Positions 54,524 to 64,000 of a stretch of 64,000 bases of DNA are shown in pieces. The notes under the pieces were generated by a model that saw only the letters and a program-made list of their open reading frames with translations, was not told where the DNA came from and ran no database searches. The stretch comes from Methanobacteriota archaeon (GTDB taxonomy: Archaea > Thermoplasmatota > Thermoplasmata > UBA10834): positions 20,269 through 84,268 of the forward strand of contig DYTN01000006.1 of the NCBI GenBank assembly GCA_020725925.1, given 5' to 3'. A program made the position numbers and the translations under genes. Positions within the stretch are counted from its first letter, which is position 1. Each line of letters begins with the position of its first letter.

Positions 54524-56005
54524 TCATTCCCGCCAGTAGAAGCTGATGGGCCCGATCCCCTCCTGGAAGAGGTCCAGGACGGCGGAATCGTCCCCCGCGA
54601 TGAAGCTCCCGACCGCCTGGTGGAACCCCCTTGACTCGAGGGCCGCCTGCAGCCCGGCCATGTCGCTCAGCTTGTAGCACACGACCACGACCTTCACCTC
54701 GTACGCGTCTATCGCATCCTCGACGTCCTGGAGCGTGAGCTCTGGGTCCACCCTGTACGCCACGTTCACGACCTCCGGCGGCGTGGGCCTCTCCGCGATG
54801 GCCGCGATCAGGGGATCACCCGTGATGACGAACTCCCCCGGGTCCGAGCGCTGCTCGACCATGTCCGCGAGCCTCTGTTGGATCGGCTCGCCCTGCGCCC
54901 CGAGCCCGTATGCTGCGAGGCCGGCAGAAGCGAGCAGCGAGGCGAGGAAGAGGGCCGAGAACGCCTTCCCGGCGGTGCTGACTTTTCCGAATGAAATGAT
55001 AGGCCGCCTGGTTCCAGCAAGACCTTTTTCGAGAGATATGACCCTGACGGCAAGTACGCCCGCGAGCACCGCCAGGAACGGGCTTAGGAGGACCATGTGG
55101 TGAAAGAAGACCAAAGGCTGCAGTATCATGAAGGCCAGTATGACCAGCGAGGTCGACAGGAGGTACCTCACCTCCCTCCCCATGCCCCACATCGTGCGTG
55201 CATATGCGAGCGGGAGCGCGTACACTGGCAGGAGCCCGAAGTACGCCAGCACGGAGAGCTTCATCTCGGCGTCGAACGCCCTGTGGCCCTGGTCGAGCAG
55301 CATGCCCTGGATCATGTCCGATGGGCCGAGGGCGATGAGCAGCCTGAGCATGGGCAGCGAGGCGGCCACGAGCAGAAGTGCTATGTCCAGCAGCCTTGCC
55401 CTGCGCTCCTTCCGCCCCCACGCATCGACGATGAGGAACACCAGCATCCCGACGAGCGCGAGGCCCCCGAACAGCTTCGTGACAAGGGCCAGTCCAACCA
55501 GCAGGCCCGAGCAGAACAACATCAGCCTGCTCCCCCTCCTCAAGTACAGGACGAAGAACGGGATGGAGATGGCCGTCATGGAGCCGGCCAGGGCGTCGAG
55601 CGAGAACAGCCGCGACTCCCTCAGGAATGCGAAGTCGACCGCCAGCAGGAGCCCGGTCGCGAGCATCGCCCTCTGGCCCGAGATCGACCTCGCAGCGAGC
55701 ATGCACGCAGCTATCGCCACGAGTGAGAACATAGCGCTCATCGACCTCAGGGCGAGCACGTCGCCGTCGAAGAGCGCGCCCATGTAGAACGCGAGTGGAG
55801 CCTGGTCGCAGGGCAGGTCGGAGTACAGCTCGTGCCCAAGGCCAACCATGTATGAGCGCTCGAGCATGATGCCCTCGTCGATGCCGTCGTTCGAGAAGCT
55901 CCAGCCTATGTTGATGAACCTGAGGGCGGCCGCCAGGGCCAGGATGAGCAAGGCGATCGTGAGCACCTTGCGGCGTTCGAGAACCGCATCTGAAGGCTGT
56001 GCCAA
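54524..56005 (-). CDS. GT-C fold glycosyltransferase (PMT/ArnT-like, family 39/83)
   Basis: 'DEGI', 'LYSDL..DQ.PL', 'K..G', many TM segments; adjacent to the Pol-P-sugar synthase. Confidence 0.75.
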   Translation of the reverse strand: MAQPSDAVLERRKVLTIALLILALAAALRFINIGWSFSNDGIDEGIMLERSYMVGLGHELYSDLPCDQAPLAFYMGALFDGDVLALRSMSAMFSLVAIAACMLAARSISGQRAMLATGLLLAVDFAFLRESRLFSLDALAGSMTAISIPFFVLYLRRGSRLMLFCSGLLVGLALVTKLFGGLALVGMLVFLIVDAWGRKERRARLLDIALLLVAASLPMLRLLIALGPSDMIQGMLLDQGHRAFDAEMKLSVLAYFGLLPVYALPLAYARTMWGMGREVRYLLSTSLVILAFMILQPLVFFHHMVLLSPFLAVLAGVLAVRVISLEKGLAGTRRPIISFGKVSTAGKAFSALFLASLLASAGLAAYGLGAQGEPIQQRLADMVEQRSDPGEFVITGDPLIAAIAERPTPPEVVNVAYRVDPELTLQDVEDAIDAYEVKVVVVCYKLSDMAGLQAALESRGFHQAVGSFIAGDDSAVLDLFQEGIGPISFYWRE

Positions 56006-56065
56006 TGGATCCCCCCGTCCTCGGACTGGGAAGGCGCTGGGCCCTATTGAACCTGACTGGTCTCG

Positions 56066-57253
56066 TCAGAGGAACTGCTGGAACTCCCTGACCAGCTCGG
56101 GGTACTTGGTCTCGATCGCCTTCAGTATCGCGTAAGTGGACATCTTCTCGACCCCGACCTCGTTCAGGGTCGTGATGATCTTGTTGAACATGTCGTCCGA
56201 GAGCGTCACGAGCTTCTCCTTGGCCATCCAGTTCCTGTACAGGTGGTCCTCCAGGAGGTCCCTCCAGCCCTTCTCGTACCTCTGGAGCGACCTCTCGCTG
56301 AAGTCCCTCTCCTTGGTCGCCTTCGCCAGGACCTCGCCCGCGACCTTGCCCGCCCTGCAGCTGTTGGATATGCCCCCGCCTGTGATGGGGTCTATCATCC
56401 GCGCGGAGTCCCCGACCAGGAGGACGCCGTTCCCGATGGTCTTGTCTATCGGGGCGCATATTGAGACCGCCCCGCTTACCAGCTCGAGGGGCTTGCCCTT
56501 CCTCAGCCTCGGGTCGTTCGCGATGAACTTGTCCAGGTACCTCTTCACGTCTGCGGGGTTCTTCAGCTTCGCGAGCTGCATGCCTATGCCAACGTTGGCC
56601 GTGTCCTCGTTCTTCGGGAACACCCAGATATATCCTCCGGGGGCCGCAGACCCGAGGACGAACTCGCAGTAGTCCGGGTTGTGGCTGATGTTCGTGAGCC
56701 TGTACTGGAAGCAGCTCGTGATGTCCCTGGGCGCGAGGTTGGTGTCTATTCCCGCCCACCTGCCGACCTGCGACTCGAACCCGTCGGCGCCCACGACGCA
56801 TCCCGCCCTGATGTCCCTCTCCTCGCCGAATGACCTGACCCTGACGCCAGCGACCTTGTCCTTCTCCTTGAGCAGCTTGACCGCCGCGGTCTTCAGCACG
56901 AGGTCCGCGCCCGCCTTCACGGCGTCCCTTGCCAGGAGCTTGTCGAAGAACACCCTGTCGAGCACGATGCCCACCTCGTTCCCGGCCATCTTCTCGGACA
57001 GATAGAAGGCAGAGCCGTTCGGCGAGACGATCCTTGCGCCTTTGACCTGCCACGCGACGCTCTTGTCGTCCAGCTTGATGCCCACGGGCTCGAGCCAGCC
57101 CCTGGAGATCCCCTCCCCGCATCTGACGGGGGAGCCGATCTCCTGCCTCTTCTCGACCATGAGCACGCTCGCGCCGTTCCTAGCAGCCCACTTGGCCGTC
57201 ATCGAGCCCGCAGGTCCAGCGCCGACGACGACGATGTCGTAGTGTGACTGCAT
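56066..57253 (-). CDS. ggr: Digeranylgeranylglycerophospholipid (geranylgeranyl) reductase
   Basis: 'VVGAGPAGS', 'EKRQEIGSPVRCGEG', 'APGGYIWVFPK', 'LVGDSAR..DP.TGGGI'. Confidence 0.9.
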   Translation of the reverse strand: MQSHYDIVVVGAGPAGSMTAKWAARNGASVLMVEKRQEIGSPVRCGEGISRGWLEPVGIKLDDKSVAWQVKGARIVSPNGSAFYLSEKMAGNEVGIVLDRVFFDKLLARDAVKAGADLVLKTAAVKLLKEKDKVAGVRVRSFGEERDIRAGCVVGADGFESQVGRWAGIDTNLAPRDITSCFQYRLTNISHNPDYCEFVLGSAAPGGYIWVFPKNEDTANVGIGMQLAKLKNPADVKRYLDKFIANDPRLRKGKPLELVSGAVSICAPIDKTIGNGVLLVGDSARMIDPITGGGISNSCRAGKVAGEVLAKATKERDFSERSLQRYEKGWRDLLEDHLYRNWMAKEKLVTLSDDMFNKIITTLNEVGVEKMSTYAILKAIETKYPELVREFQQFL

Positions 57254-57448
57254 CTACTTCCCCCCGACAAGCTTGACTGCACCGACGGGGCACACCTTGA
57301 TGCACCTCTTGCAGAGGTTGCAGTCGTCGTTGAACTCGAGCACGACCTCGTTCAGGTAGATGGCGTTCACGGGGCACGAGCCCACGCAAGCGCCGCAGTG
57401 CATGCACCTGGTTATGTCGACTTCCAGCTCGTCCAGCTCCTTGGGCAT
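57254..57448 (-). CDS. 2[4Fe-4S] ferredoxin
   Basis: CMHCGACVGSCP and CNLCKRCIKVCP. Confidence 0.9.
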   Translation of the reverse strand: MPKELDELEVDITRCMHCGACVGSCPVNAIYLNEVVLEFNDDCNLCKRCIKVCPVGAVKLVGGK

Positions 57449-57458
57449 GGGGATCAAC

Positions 57459-59012
57459 TCACGTGTACTCTTCCCCGTGCCTCTTCCGCCACTCGGCCAG
57501 GGGAACGGAGAACCTCTTCTCCACCTCGGTCCTGTACACAGGGCCGGAGTTGTATGCGCAGAAGGGTATGATCTTGCCGTCGGGAGTCGTGTAGTGTATC
57601 ATGCACCTCTTGACCCGCTCGACGTCGTAGTTGTATGAGTCCATGAAGTGCATCGCGCCCACGTACATCATCTGCCAGCTGAACTTGGCGAGCTCGGACT
57701 TCGTCTCCTCCGACAGCACTCCCCTCAAGGCCTTGAGGAACTGCACGGAGCTCATGCCGTCCGGGAGCTCGTCCTTCTTCAGGTACTTCCTGAGCAGGCT
57801 GAACGCCTTGACCTTCGAGAAGGCCTTGATCTTCTTGCTCCCGGCCTTCCGGGCCAGCTCGTACAGCTCGTCGAAGAGAGGCTCCACATCGACGAACCTG
57901 GTGATGGGTATGACGTTGTCTGGGCCCCTCACGAACATGTATGTGGCCATGCCGCAGTGGGCGTGAGTCGTCAGGGTCACCTTCGAGTCCCCGTAGAGCG
58001 CCATCCATAGCTCCGAGATGGGCGCGACCGCGGGCACGGGGTACCAGTCCGAGGCCTTGATCATCCCCTTCGACTGCCTCTCGATGTCCTTGGCCAGGTC
58101 GGGTATCGTGTACCTGCCCTTTGCCAGGTCCTCGTTGCTGATCCTCCCGGTGAACGCGACGGGCTGGAAGTTGACGCCCCTGATGACGTCCATGTTCTCG
58201 AGGGCGTACCGGAGTATGGGCCAGACCTGGTCGTCGTTCACGCCCTTGACGACCGTAGGGACAAGGACGATGGACGAGTGGTGCTCCACCTTGCGGAAGT
58301 TGTCCACCACCTTCTGCTTCACGTCCAAGAGGTCGCGCCCTCTGGCCCGGACATAGATGTCCTTCCTGAAGCCGTCGAACTGAAGGTAGACCGTGTTCAG
58401 GCCAGCGTCGCTCGCCTTCTGGCAGAAGTCCAGGCTCTCGGCGAACTTGATGCCGTTCGTGGCGACCTGTATCTGCGCGAACCCCAGCTCCTTCGCGGCC
58501 TTGATGACGTCCAGGAACCTGGGGTATATCGTGGGCTCACCACCGGAGAACTGCACCGCCGGGCACGGCACGGGCCTCTCGTCCCTCAGGACCTTGAGCA
58601 TCTTCACGACCGTGTCGAAATCCGGCTCGAACACGTAGCCTGCTGCATTGGCGTTCGCGAAGCAGATGGGGCAGCGGAGGTTGCAGCGGTTCGTGAGATC
58701 GACGTTGGCGAGCCCAGTGTGGCTGAGGTGCAGGTCGCAGAGCCCGCAGTCGAACGGGCATTGCTTGGCCTTGGGGATCGCGGGGTTCGTGACCCCGACG
58801 CCGTCCTTGGCCCACCTCTCCGCCTTGAGGTACAGCTCGGTGTCGGACCAGACGACGTCCTTGAACTTGCCGTGCTTCGGGCACGACTTCTCCATGACGA
58901 CCTTGCCGTTGTCGTCCCTTATCGTCGCCTGGATGATCGTGAGGCACTCGGGGCAGAGGCTCTCAGTCGTCTTGGGCAGTCCTGCCGGTACGGCGCTCTT
59001 CTTCGTGAGCAT
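57459..59012 (-). CDS. tes: Radical SAM tetraether lipid synthase (Tes / GDGT-MAS family)
   Basis: N-terminal SLCPEC...CPKHG, CPFDCGLC..H, DLTNRCNL.CPICFANA, QFSGGEPT, and C-terminal MHFMD.YNYD.ERVKRC.IHY..PDG.IIPFCAYN. Confidence 0.85.
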   Translation of the reverse strand: MLTKKSAVPAGLPKTTESLCPECLTIIQATIRDDNGKVVMEKSCPKHGKFKDVVWSDTELYLKAERWAKDGVGVTNPAIPKAKQCPFDCGLCDLHLSHTGLANVDLTNRCNLRCPICFANANAAGYVFEPDFDTVVKMLKVLRDERPVPCPAVQFSGGEPTIYPRFLDVIKAAKELGFAQIQVATNGIKFAESLDFCQKASDAGLNTVYLQFDGFRKDIYVRARGRDLLDVKQKVVDNFRKVEHHSSIVLVPTVVKGVNDDQVWPILRYALENMDVIRGVNFQPVAFTGRISNEDLAKGRYTIPDLAKDIERQSKGMIKASDWYPVPAVAPISELWMALYGDSKVTLTTHAHCGMATYMFVRGPDNVIPITRFVDVEPLFDELYELARKAGSKKIKAFSKVKAFSLLRKYLKKDELPDGMSSVQFLKALRGVLSEETKSELAKFSWQMMYVGAMHFMDSYNYDVERVKRCMIHYTTPDGKIIPFCAYNSGPVYRTEVEKRFSVPLAEWRKRHGEEYT

Positions 59013-59079
59013 CGAATCGCATCCCGGAGGTCAATTCGGAGGGAATCATTTAAACCTTATGTAGCTCATTCGGCTACAA

Positions 59080-59826
59080 ATGGATGCGAAGAAGCTAGTG
59101 CAGAGCCTCGGCGGGGACATCGATGCGCTCAGCAGGGAGTACGCTGCCATATCTGGGACTCTCTCCAGGCTGGGCTTCTCCGAGTACGAGGCCCGCGCGT
59201 ACATCGCCCTCGTGGCTCTCGGTTCAGCTTCTGCCAACCTTGTAGCTGAGATAGCACAGATTCCGCGGACTTCTGCATACAAGGTGATGGCGAGCCTCGA
59301 GAGGAACGGCGCCGTGCGCATGCTCGAGGGGAAACCCAGAGCATATGCTCCCGTCGAGCCCACTGACCTGTCCAAGAGGTTCGTGGGAGAGATAGAGGAC
59401 GCCTTCAAGAAGATCTCCTCCGTGCGCGACATGCTCTCGCAGCGCGGCGTCCCCCAGCTCGTCTACACCGTCATGGGCAGGGACCGCGTGCTGGAGAAGA
59501 TCGGCGAGATGCTCGACAAGGCGGAGCACACCTTCACCATCTCCTCTCCCTCGCTGGTCGAGATGAGGCAGCGCCTGGGCAAGCGGTTCGCGAACGCGCT
59601 CAGCAGGGGCGTGACCCTCACCGTCATCACCAGCCCTTTCGTGAAGGCGCCCGGGGGAGCGACGGTCGTCAGGAGGAAGGGGCTCATAGCGACGGACGTC
59701 ATCAGCGACGGCAAGACGGCCCTCATCGCCGCCCCGGACCTGTCGGCGTGCGGCTACACGGACAACGAAGCCCTCTCGAAGCACCTGGAGGACTTCCTGA
59801 CCATCATGGGCCGCGCCGCCGAGTAG
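59080..59826 (+). CDS. TrmB family transcriptional regulator
   Basis: 'LGFSEYEARAYIALV...AEIAQIPRTSAYKV..SL...G.V....GKP..YAPV.P'. Confidence 0.88.
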   Translation: MDAKKLVQSLGGDIDALSREYAAISGTLSRLGFSEYEARAYIALVALGSASANLVAEIAQIPRTSAYKVMASLERNGAVRMLEGKPRAYAPVEPTDLSKRFVGEIEDAFKKISSVRDMLSQRGVPQLVYTVMGRDRVLEKIGEMLDKAEHTFTISSPSLVEMRQRLGKRFANALSRGVTLTVITSPFVKAPGGATVVRRKGLIATDVISDGKTALIAAPDLSACGYTDNEALSKHLEDFLTIMGRAAE

Positions 59827-61111
59827 GCCATCGGTTTGCGCCCACATTCTTCGATTCCGCCTTGATGACCGTCCGTATCAGGAACGGCGCGTAGAGGGTA
59901 GTCACCATCGACACCAGGACTATGACCGAGTAGGTCGCCTGGCCGATCGTGCCCATGTTGAGGCCGATCATGGCCACCACGATGCCCACCTCTCCCCTCG
60001 GGACCATCCCCGCGCCCACGATCAGGGCTGTCCTCTCGCCCCTGGTCCACGCGCCGAGGGAACAGCCGACGAGCTTGCCCAGGATCGCCACGATGGTGAT
60101 GACTATCGCGAACGGGAGCACGGAGGAGAAGTTGGCGAAGTCAACCCTCGCGCCCATCACGACGAAGAAGAACGGCACCAGGAGCACGTTCAGGGGCTCG
60201 AACTTCTGCTCGAGCTCGTATGTGTCCTTCGTGTCCGAGAAGATGAGGCCCGCGAAGAACGCCCCGATGATCGCGGCCAGCCCGACGAAGGATGCCATCG
60301 CGCTCAGGCCAAACACGACTATCAGGATGATGACGAACGGCGCCTGCCTCTGCTTCAGCTTGTCGAACCAGCTGTCCCTCTTGAACGCCCGGGTCGTGTA
60401 GTGGATGGCCCACTCGCCGTTCGTTGTGCGGTCGAACCTGACCTCCCGCTTGCCGGTGGCGTACTTGACAACCCTCGTGCCGATGATCGTCACTATGGCC
60501 ACGAAGCACAGCGCCTCCGCTATCACGATGGCCACGTTGAGCATCGTCAGCTCGCCCACGGCCATGCCGCTCACGAGCGTGAGGACTATCATGCCGAGGA
60601 TGTCGTCCACCACGGCCGCGCCGAGGATGATCTTGGCCTCAGTGGAGTGGATCATGCCCATGTCCTCGAGCACCCTGGCTGTTATCCCGACGCTCGTCGC
60701 CACCAGCGCTGTCCCGATGAACATCGCCTCGATAGAGGACGCGAACAGGAGCACGGAAACGTAGTATCCGAGCACGAATGGCACCAGGACTCCCAGGAGC
60801 GCCACAGAGCTGGCCACGAGCCCGACCTTCTTGAGCTCGGAGAGCTTCGTCTCCATGCCGACCGAGAACAGCAGGAAGGTCGCCCCGAGCTGTGCCAGCA
60901 CATCGAAGAACTTGTGCTCCTCTGTGATCAGGCTCAGGAGTGTCGGCCCGAGCAGTATCCCCGCGATGAGCTCGCCCGTCACCGCCGGGAGCCTCATCCG
61001 CTCCATGAGCTCGCCCCCGAGCTTCGCGGCGAGGAACGCGACGAAGATCAGAAGCAAAGTCTCCTCAGTGTCCAACGCATCCCATCCGGGTAGTTGAATC
61101 ACGTCATCCAT
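59804..61111 (-). CDS. Cation:proton antiporter (CPA2, KefB/NapA-like)
   Basis: True start ATG 61111 (MDDVIQ...). 'LPAVTGELIAGILLGP', 'ATSVGIT', 'AAVVDD', 'PRGEVG'. Confidence 0.9.
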   Translation of the reverse strand: MDDVIQLPGWDALDTEETLLLIFVAFLAAKLGGELMERMRLPAVTGELIAGILLGPTLLSLITEEHKFFDVLAQLGATFLLFSVGMETKLSELKKVGLVASSVALLGVLVPFVLGYYVSVLLFASSIEAMFIGTALVATSVGITARVLEDMGMIHSTEAKIILGAAVVDDILGMIVLTLVSGMAVGELTMLNVAIVIAEALCFVAIVTIIGTRVVKYATGKREVRFDRTTNGEWAIHYTTRAFKRDSWFDKLKQRQAPFVIILIVVFGLSAMASFVGLAAIIGAFFAGLIFSDTKDTYELEQKFEPLNVLLVPFFFVVMGARVDFANFSSVLPFAIVITIVAILGKLVGCSLGAWTRGERTALIVGAGMVPRGEVGIVVAMIGLNMGTIGQATYSVIVLVSMVTTLYAPFLIRTVIKAESKNVGANRWPTRRRGP

Positions 61112-61286
61112 ATTTAATTGTGAGTCGGAGGCGTTCGGCCGCCCAGGCGGGCCGCCGCCCAGGCGGGCCGACGTATATTGCATGTAGCAGAGGCCCTTTA
61201 CACGCCCGCAGGCCGTCCCACTCATGGGATGGTCCATGGGAAACCGGACGGGTTCGACGGGACGCAGAGGCTCCAGAACAAGGCGC

Positions 61287-64000
61287 ATGAGCCGCGACAC
61301 GGCGGGGCAGGTCTCCTTCGCCGTCATAGCGGTCGCGCTCCTGACGGCGACCGCCGTCACGGGCGCGTACATCGCCAAGGCAGAGCTGGACAAGGCGAAG
61401 GCGGAGAAGAGGGAGAGGCTGCTCAGTGCCATGGAGCAGACCATCGACGAGGTCGTGCAGGAGCTGGGCGTATGCGCGGCTGGAAGGGCCCAGGACCTCG
61501 TGACCTCGTGGGAGGAATACCCCGTGAACGAGTCGAGGATCTCTGACGCGTTCTCCGCCAGGATGGAGGAGTACCTGAACTCGTCCTTCCCGCGCACTGA
61601 GGGCGACTTCTCCGTCCGTGTGACCAACTGGACAGGAGGGCTCTTCTATGTCGAGCGAAAGACGGTCGACCTGATGCCCTCCGAGAACGGGTCGGTGAAG
61701 GAGCTCAGGTCGGACGAGTCGGAGATGGAGTACTCCGAGCTCCCAGCGCCTTCTGAGGAGCAGCTGGGTGAGCAAACCGTGAACCCCTACTATGTGGCCG
61801 TGGGCAACTTCTCGGTGGAGGTTTCCGCGAAGTCCCTGTCGGTCTCCAGGCTGACATCCTTCCAGAAGCCAATCATATCCGCGCTGCCGTTCCTCGAGTC
61901 GAAGCTCAGGGCGTTCGAGCAGGCGTCGGAGGGTGAGCTGTCGGACCTCGGAAGGCTCGTGGGGTACATGCTCAGCACCCTGTGCGAGCTGCGCGTGCTC
62001 GAAGGGTATGGTCAGCCCATGTACTCCGGGAAGAACACCTCGGCGATCCTCACCGAACAGGACGTCTACCGGGCAGTGGCTGTGGGGCTGCTGCTCGAGC
62101 AGGCGCGGCTGTTCCGCGAGGTCGATGAGTCGTTTGCGTCCGAGGTGGCCGACGCCTGCGGGGGAGGATACCCCGGCACGACGGCGCTCATGAGCCCAAG
62201 GGCGCGCGCCCTGGACCCCTCGGAGCTCTTCCTGTGGTACCTGGGGAAGACCAGCGTGGACATCGACCCTCAGATGATGGTCGCGCAGACCCTTTTCGGG
62301 GTCTCGGACCAGTTCACCATCAAGATCATGGACTACATGGGCTGGTTGGGTGCACTTGACTCGGCGAAGGCGGTCGCTGATGCTCTCGGGGGAGCACTCG
62401 ATTCTCTCATGGAGTACCTCACGGGCATCGACAAGGCCAAGGCGGCGGTCACTTCCTGGATCTCCAAGAGCCTGCATGCAGCGGGCGCTTCGCCAACGAT
62501 ATGCTCCGAGCTGTTCTCCTCCGACGAGGATCTCGCCGTCCCTGTGCCTGAGAAGCAGTACTTCGTCGAGGACGCCGCGGGCAACCTCTATCCCGTCTGG
62601 GTCGGGAACATCACGGCATGCGTGAACGTTCCGCAATACGACCTCCTGCAGTCGGACGGCTGGGGCGACTTCTACACCGACTACAAGGAATGCCAGTCGT
62701 CGTTCCGCACGCTCCTGGAGGACGGTCTCGCGCGGTTCGCCTTCGACATCGCGAGCATATCGCGGCTCGAACTCGGCTCCACAAGCATAGATCCGTCCGA
62801 TGGGGCGGACCTGTTCGCCGCGCTCGCCTTCGGCTCGGGGCAGGTAGACCTGGTGCTCGACCCAGCGGCCCTCGCCGAGGCCTCGAAGAAGCTGCCGATG
62901 TTCAGCGCGCAGCACGAGCTCGCCACGCGGTTCTCGGAGTTCGTGACGGCGAGGGGTGCCGACCTGTTCGAGCGCGAGATCGTGCTGGAGGGCGTGTACA
63001 CGGACCTCACCGCCACAGTGCTGGGTTCGGCGCGCTACGCGTACATCCCAGACCTTGTCGTGCCCGTTTCCGAGCAGCTCGCAGACATCGTGTGGCACGA
63101 CATCCAGGCAGATGCCGAGTGGGGCGTGGGGGAGACGGCCGTCTCGGTGTTCGACGCGATCTGCTCCCTGGACCTGGAGAGGCTCCGGAGCGTGATCGAG
63201 CTCTCGGTCGTGCGGGCAGATGACGGCTTCGCCGGGCCCATGGTTGACTCGCTCGCGACCTTGTTCGTCGAGGGGCTGGACGGGTTCCCGGGGATGGAGA
63301 GGGCGATCGAGAGCGTCCTGAGCGCCTTCTCCAAGGAGGTCCTCGGCCAGAAGCGGATATCCTCGTACCGCCAGGCCGTCCATGTGGACCTCGACAGGCC
63401 CTTCGAGTTCTGGGAGGGCGACAGGTCGTCGGCGGAGGCGAGCGGGGCCGTCCTCAGCGAAGACCTGTCCGTGGATGTGTCCAGCGGCCTCCCAGTGATG
63501 CAGGCCGTGCCATACGATGAAGCGCTCGGGTACGCGTCCCTGGAGGCGCTGTTCCCGACGGACAACATGCTGGTCCAGGTCAAGCGCCCCTGGGACTACG
63601 ACCGTTCCAGGAGCGAGTACCCGAACCTGCACATGACCTCGCTCTCTACCTGGACCGCTGCTCCTTACACGACCCAGTGGACCGTGTCCGCGCTCGGGCT
63701 GATCGAGCTCGGGCTCGAGAGCAGCAACTCCGCATTCCAGTCGCTGCTCGCGGACCACGATGTCAGCTCGCGCAGGAGCGTCAAGGTCTCCTTGGAGCTG
63801 CCCGTGACCGTGCACTCGTCCTGGCCTCTCCAAGGGGTCGAGTACAACCCCTCGAACACCATGATCGGGGACGCGGTCGCTGCCGCGAAGAAGTTCTGCG
63901 AGCTCGTGTGGGACAAGCTCGAGCCTGTGTTCGGCTGGGTCAAGGACGGGCTCGAGCGCATATACAAGCTCGTCGAGCGCGCGTTCGACGTGCTCGCCAG
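61287..64000 (+). CDS. Very large hypothetical protein with class III (pilin-like) signal peptide, 3'-truncated
   Basis: Absent from the ORF track because it has no stop in the window. Starts MSRDTAG/QVSFAVIAVALL. The frame reads open at both ends (checked by eye), and the long antisense ORF 61104..63833 is its mirror. Confidence 0.7.
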   Translation, partial: MSRDTAGQVSFAVIAVALLTATAVTGAYIAKAELDKAKAEKRERLLSAMEQTIDEVVQELGVCAAGRAQDLVTSWEEYPVNESRISDAFSARMEEYLNSSFPRTEGDFSVRVTNWTGGLFYVERKTVDLMPSENGSVKELRSDESEMEYSELPAPSEEQLGEQTVNPYYVAVGNFSVEVSAKSLSVSRLTSFQKPIISALPFLESKLRAFEQASEGELSDLGRLVGYMLSTLCELRVLEGYGQPMYSGKNTSAILTEQDVYRAVAVGLLLEQARLFREVDESFASEVADACGGGYPGTTALMSPRARALDPSELFLWYLGKTSVDIDPQMMVAQTLFGVSDQFTIKIMDYMGWLGALDSAKAVADALGGALDSLMEYLTGIDKAKAAVTSWISKSLHAAGASPTICSELFSSDEDLAVPVPEKQYFVEDAAGNLYPVWVGNITACVNVPQYDLLQSDGWGDFYTDYKECQSSFRTLLEDGLARFAFDIASISRLELGSTSIDPSDGADLFAALAFGSGQVDLVLDPAALAEASKKLPMFSAQHELATRFSEFVTARGADLFEREIVLEGVYTDLTATVLGSARYAYIPDLVVPVSEQLADIVWHDIQADAEWGVGETAVSVFDAICSLDLERLRSVIELSVVRADDGFAGPMVDSLATLFVEGLDGFPGMERAIESVLSAFSKEVLGQKRISSYRQAVHVDLDRPFEFWEGDRSSAEASGAVLSEDLSVDVSSGLPVMQAVPYDEALGYASLEALFPTDNMLVQVKRPWDYDRSRSEYPNLHMTSLSTWTAAPYTTQWTVSALGLIELGLESSNSAFQSLLADHDVSSRRSVKVSLELPVTVHSSWPLQGVEYNPSNTMIGDAVAAAKKFCELVWDKLEPVFGWVKDGLERIYKLVERAFDVLA

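Noticed and set aside
61112-61627. N-terminal extension of the 607-aa antiporter ORF
   Set aside because: It overlaps the divergent 61287 gene antisense. Antiporter homology starts at ATG 61111.
47719-63833. Long antisense/alternate-frame ORFs (e.g. 47719..48828, 48988..50316, 54816..57122, 61104..63833)
   Set aside because: These are shadows of real high-GC3 genes, rich in R/G/P/H and without domain motifs.

Overview
Archaeal DNA, most likely Thermoplasmatota. This is inferred from a tetraether-lipid synthase / ferredoxin / geranylgeranyl reductase cluster, TrmB, a PEF-CTERM sorting signal and TATA-box promoters. The left ~47 kb is a visibly lower-GC accessory region; from ~47.6 kb it is higher-GC housekeeping sequence (aminotransferase, flippase, hutI, glycosyltransferases, lipid genes, antiporter). 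The main discovery is at 3.3-17.0 kb. Two paralogous non-IntI tyrosine recombinases sit in an array of gene modules. Most module boundaries carry a co-oriented 24-bp site built as an 8-bp arm, an 8-bp asymmetric spacer and an 8-bp inverted arm (consensus GTYYRCAT-GYARNGGR-ATNYRAAC). There are seven clear copies, all intergenic, plus a variant at exactly the same offset in front of each integrase gene. The cargo is toxin-antitoxin/defence-like genes and an ABC exporter. This looks like an integron-like or tandem-accretion cassette system that uses a loxP/dif-type simple site instead of attC. A second, unrelated modular repeat family (~10 copies, 24.5-34.7 kb) separates single-gene enzyme and transporter units. 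Other points of interest: an in-frame wHTH::DUF3467 fusion, a shared operator, a membrane-anchored wHTH regulator with an extracellular propeller, two pseudogene remnants and many secreted beta-propeller proteins. No tRNA, rRNA or CRISPR array was found. All alignments and counts were done by eye.
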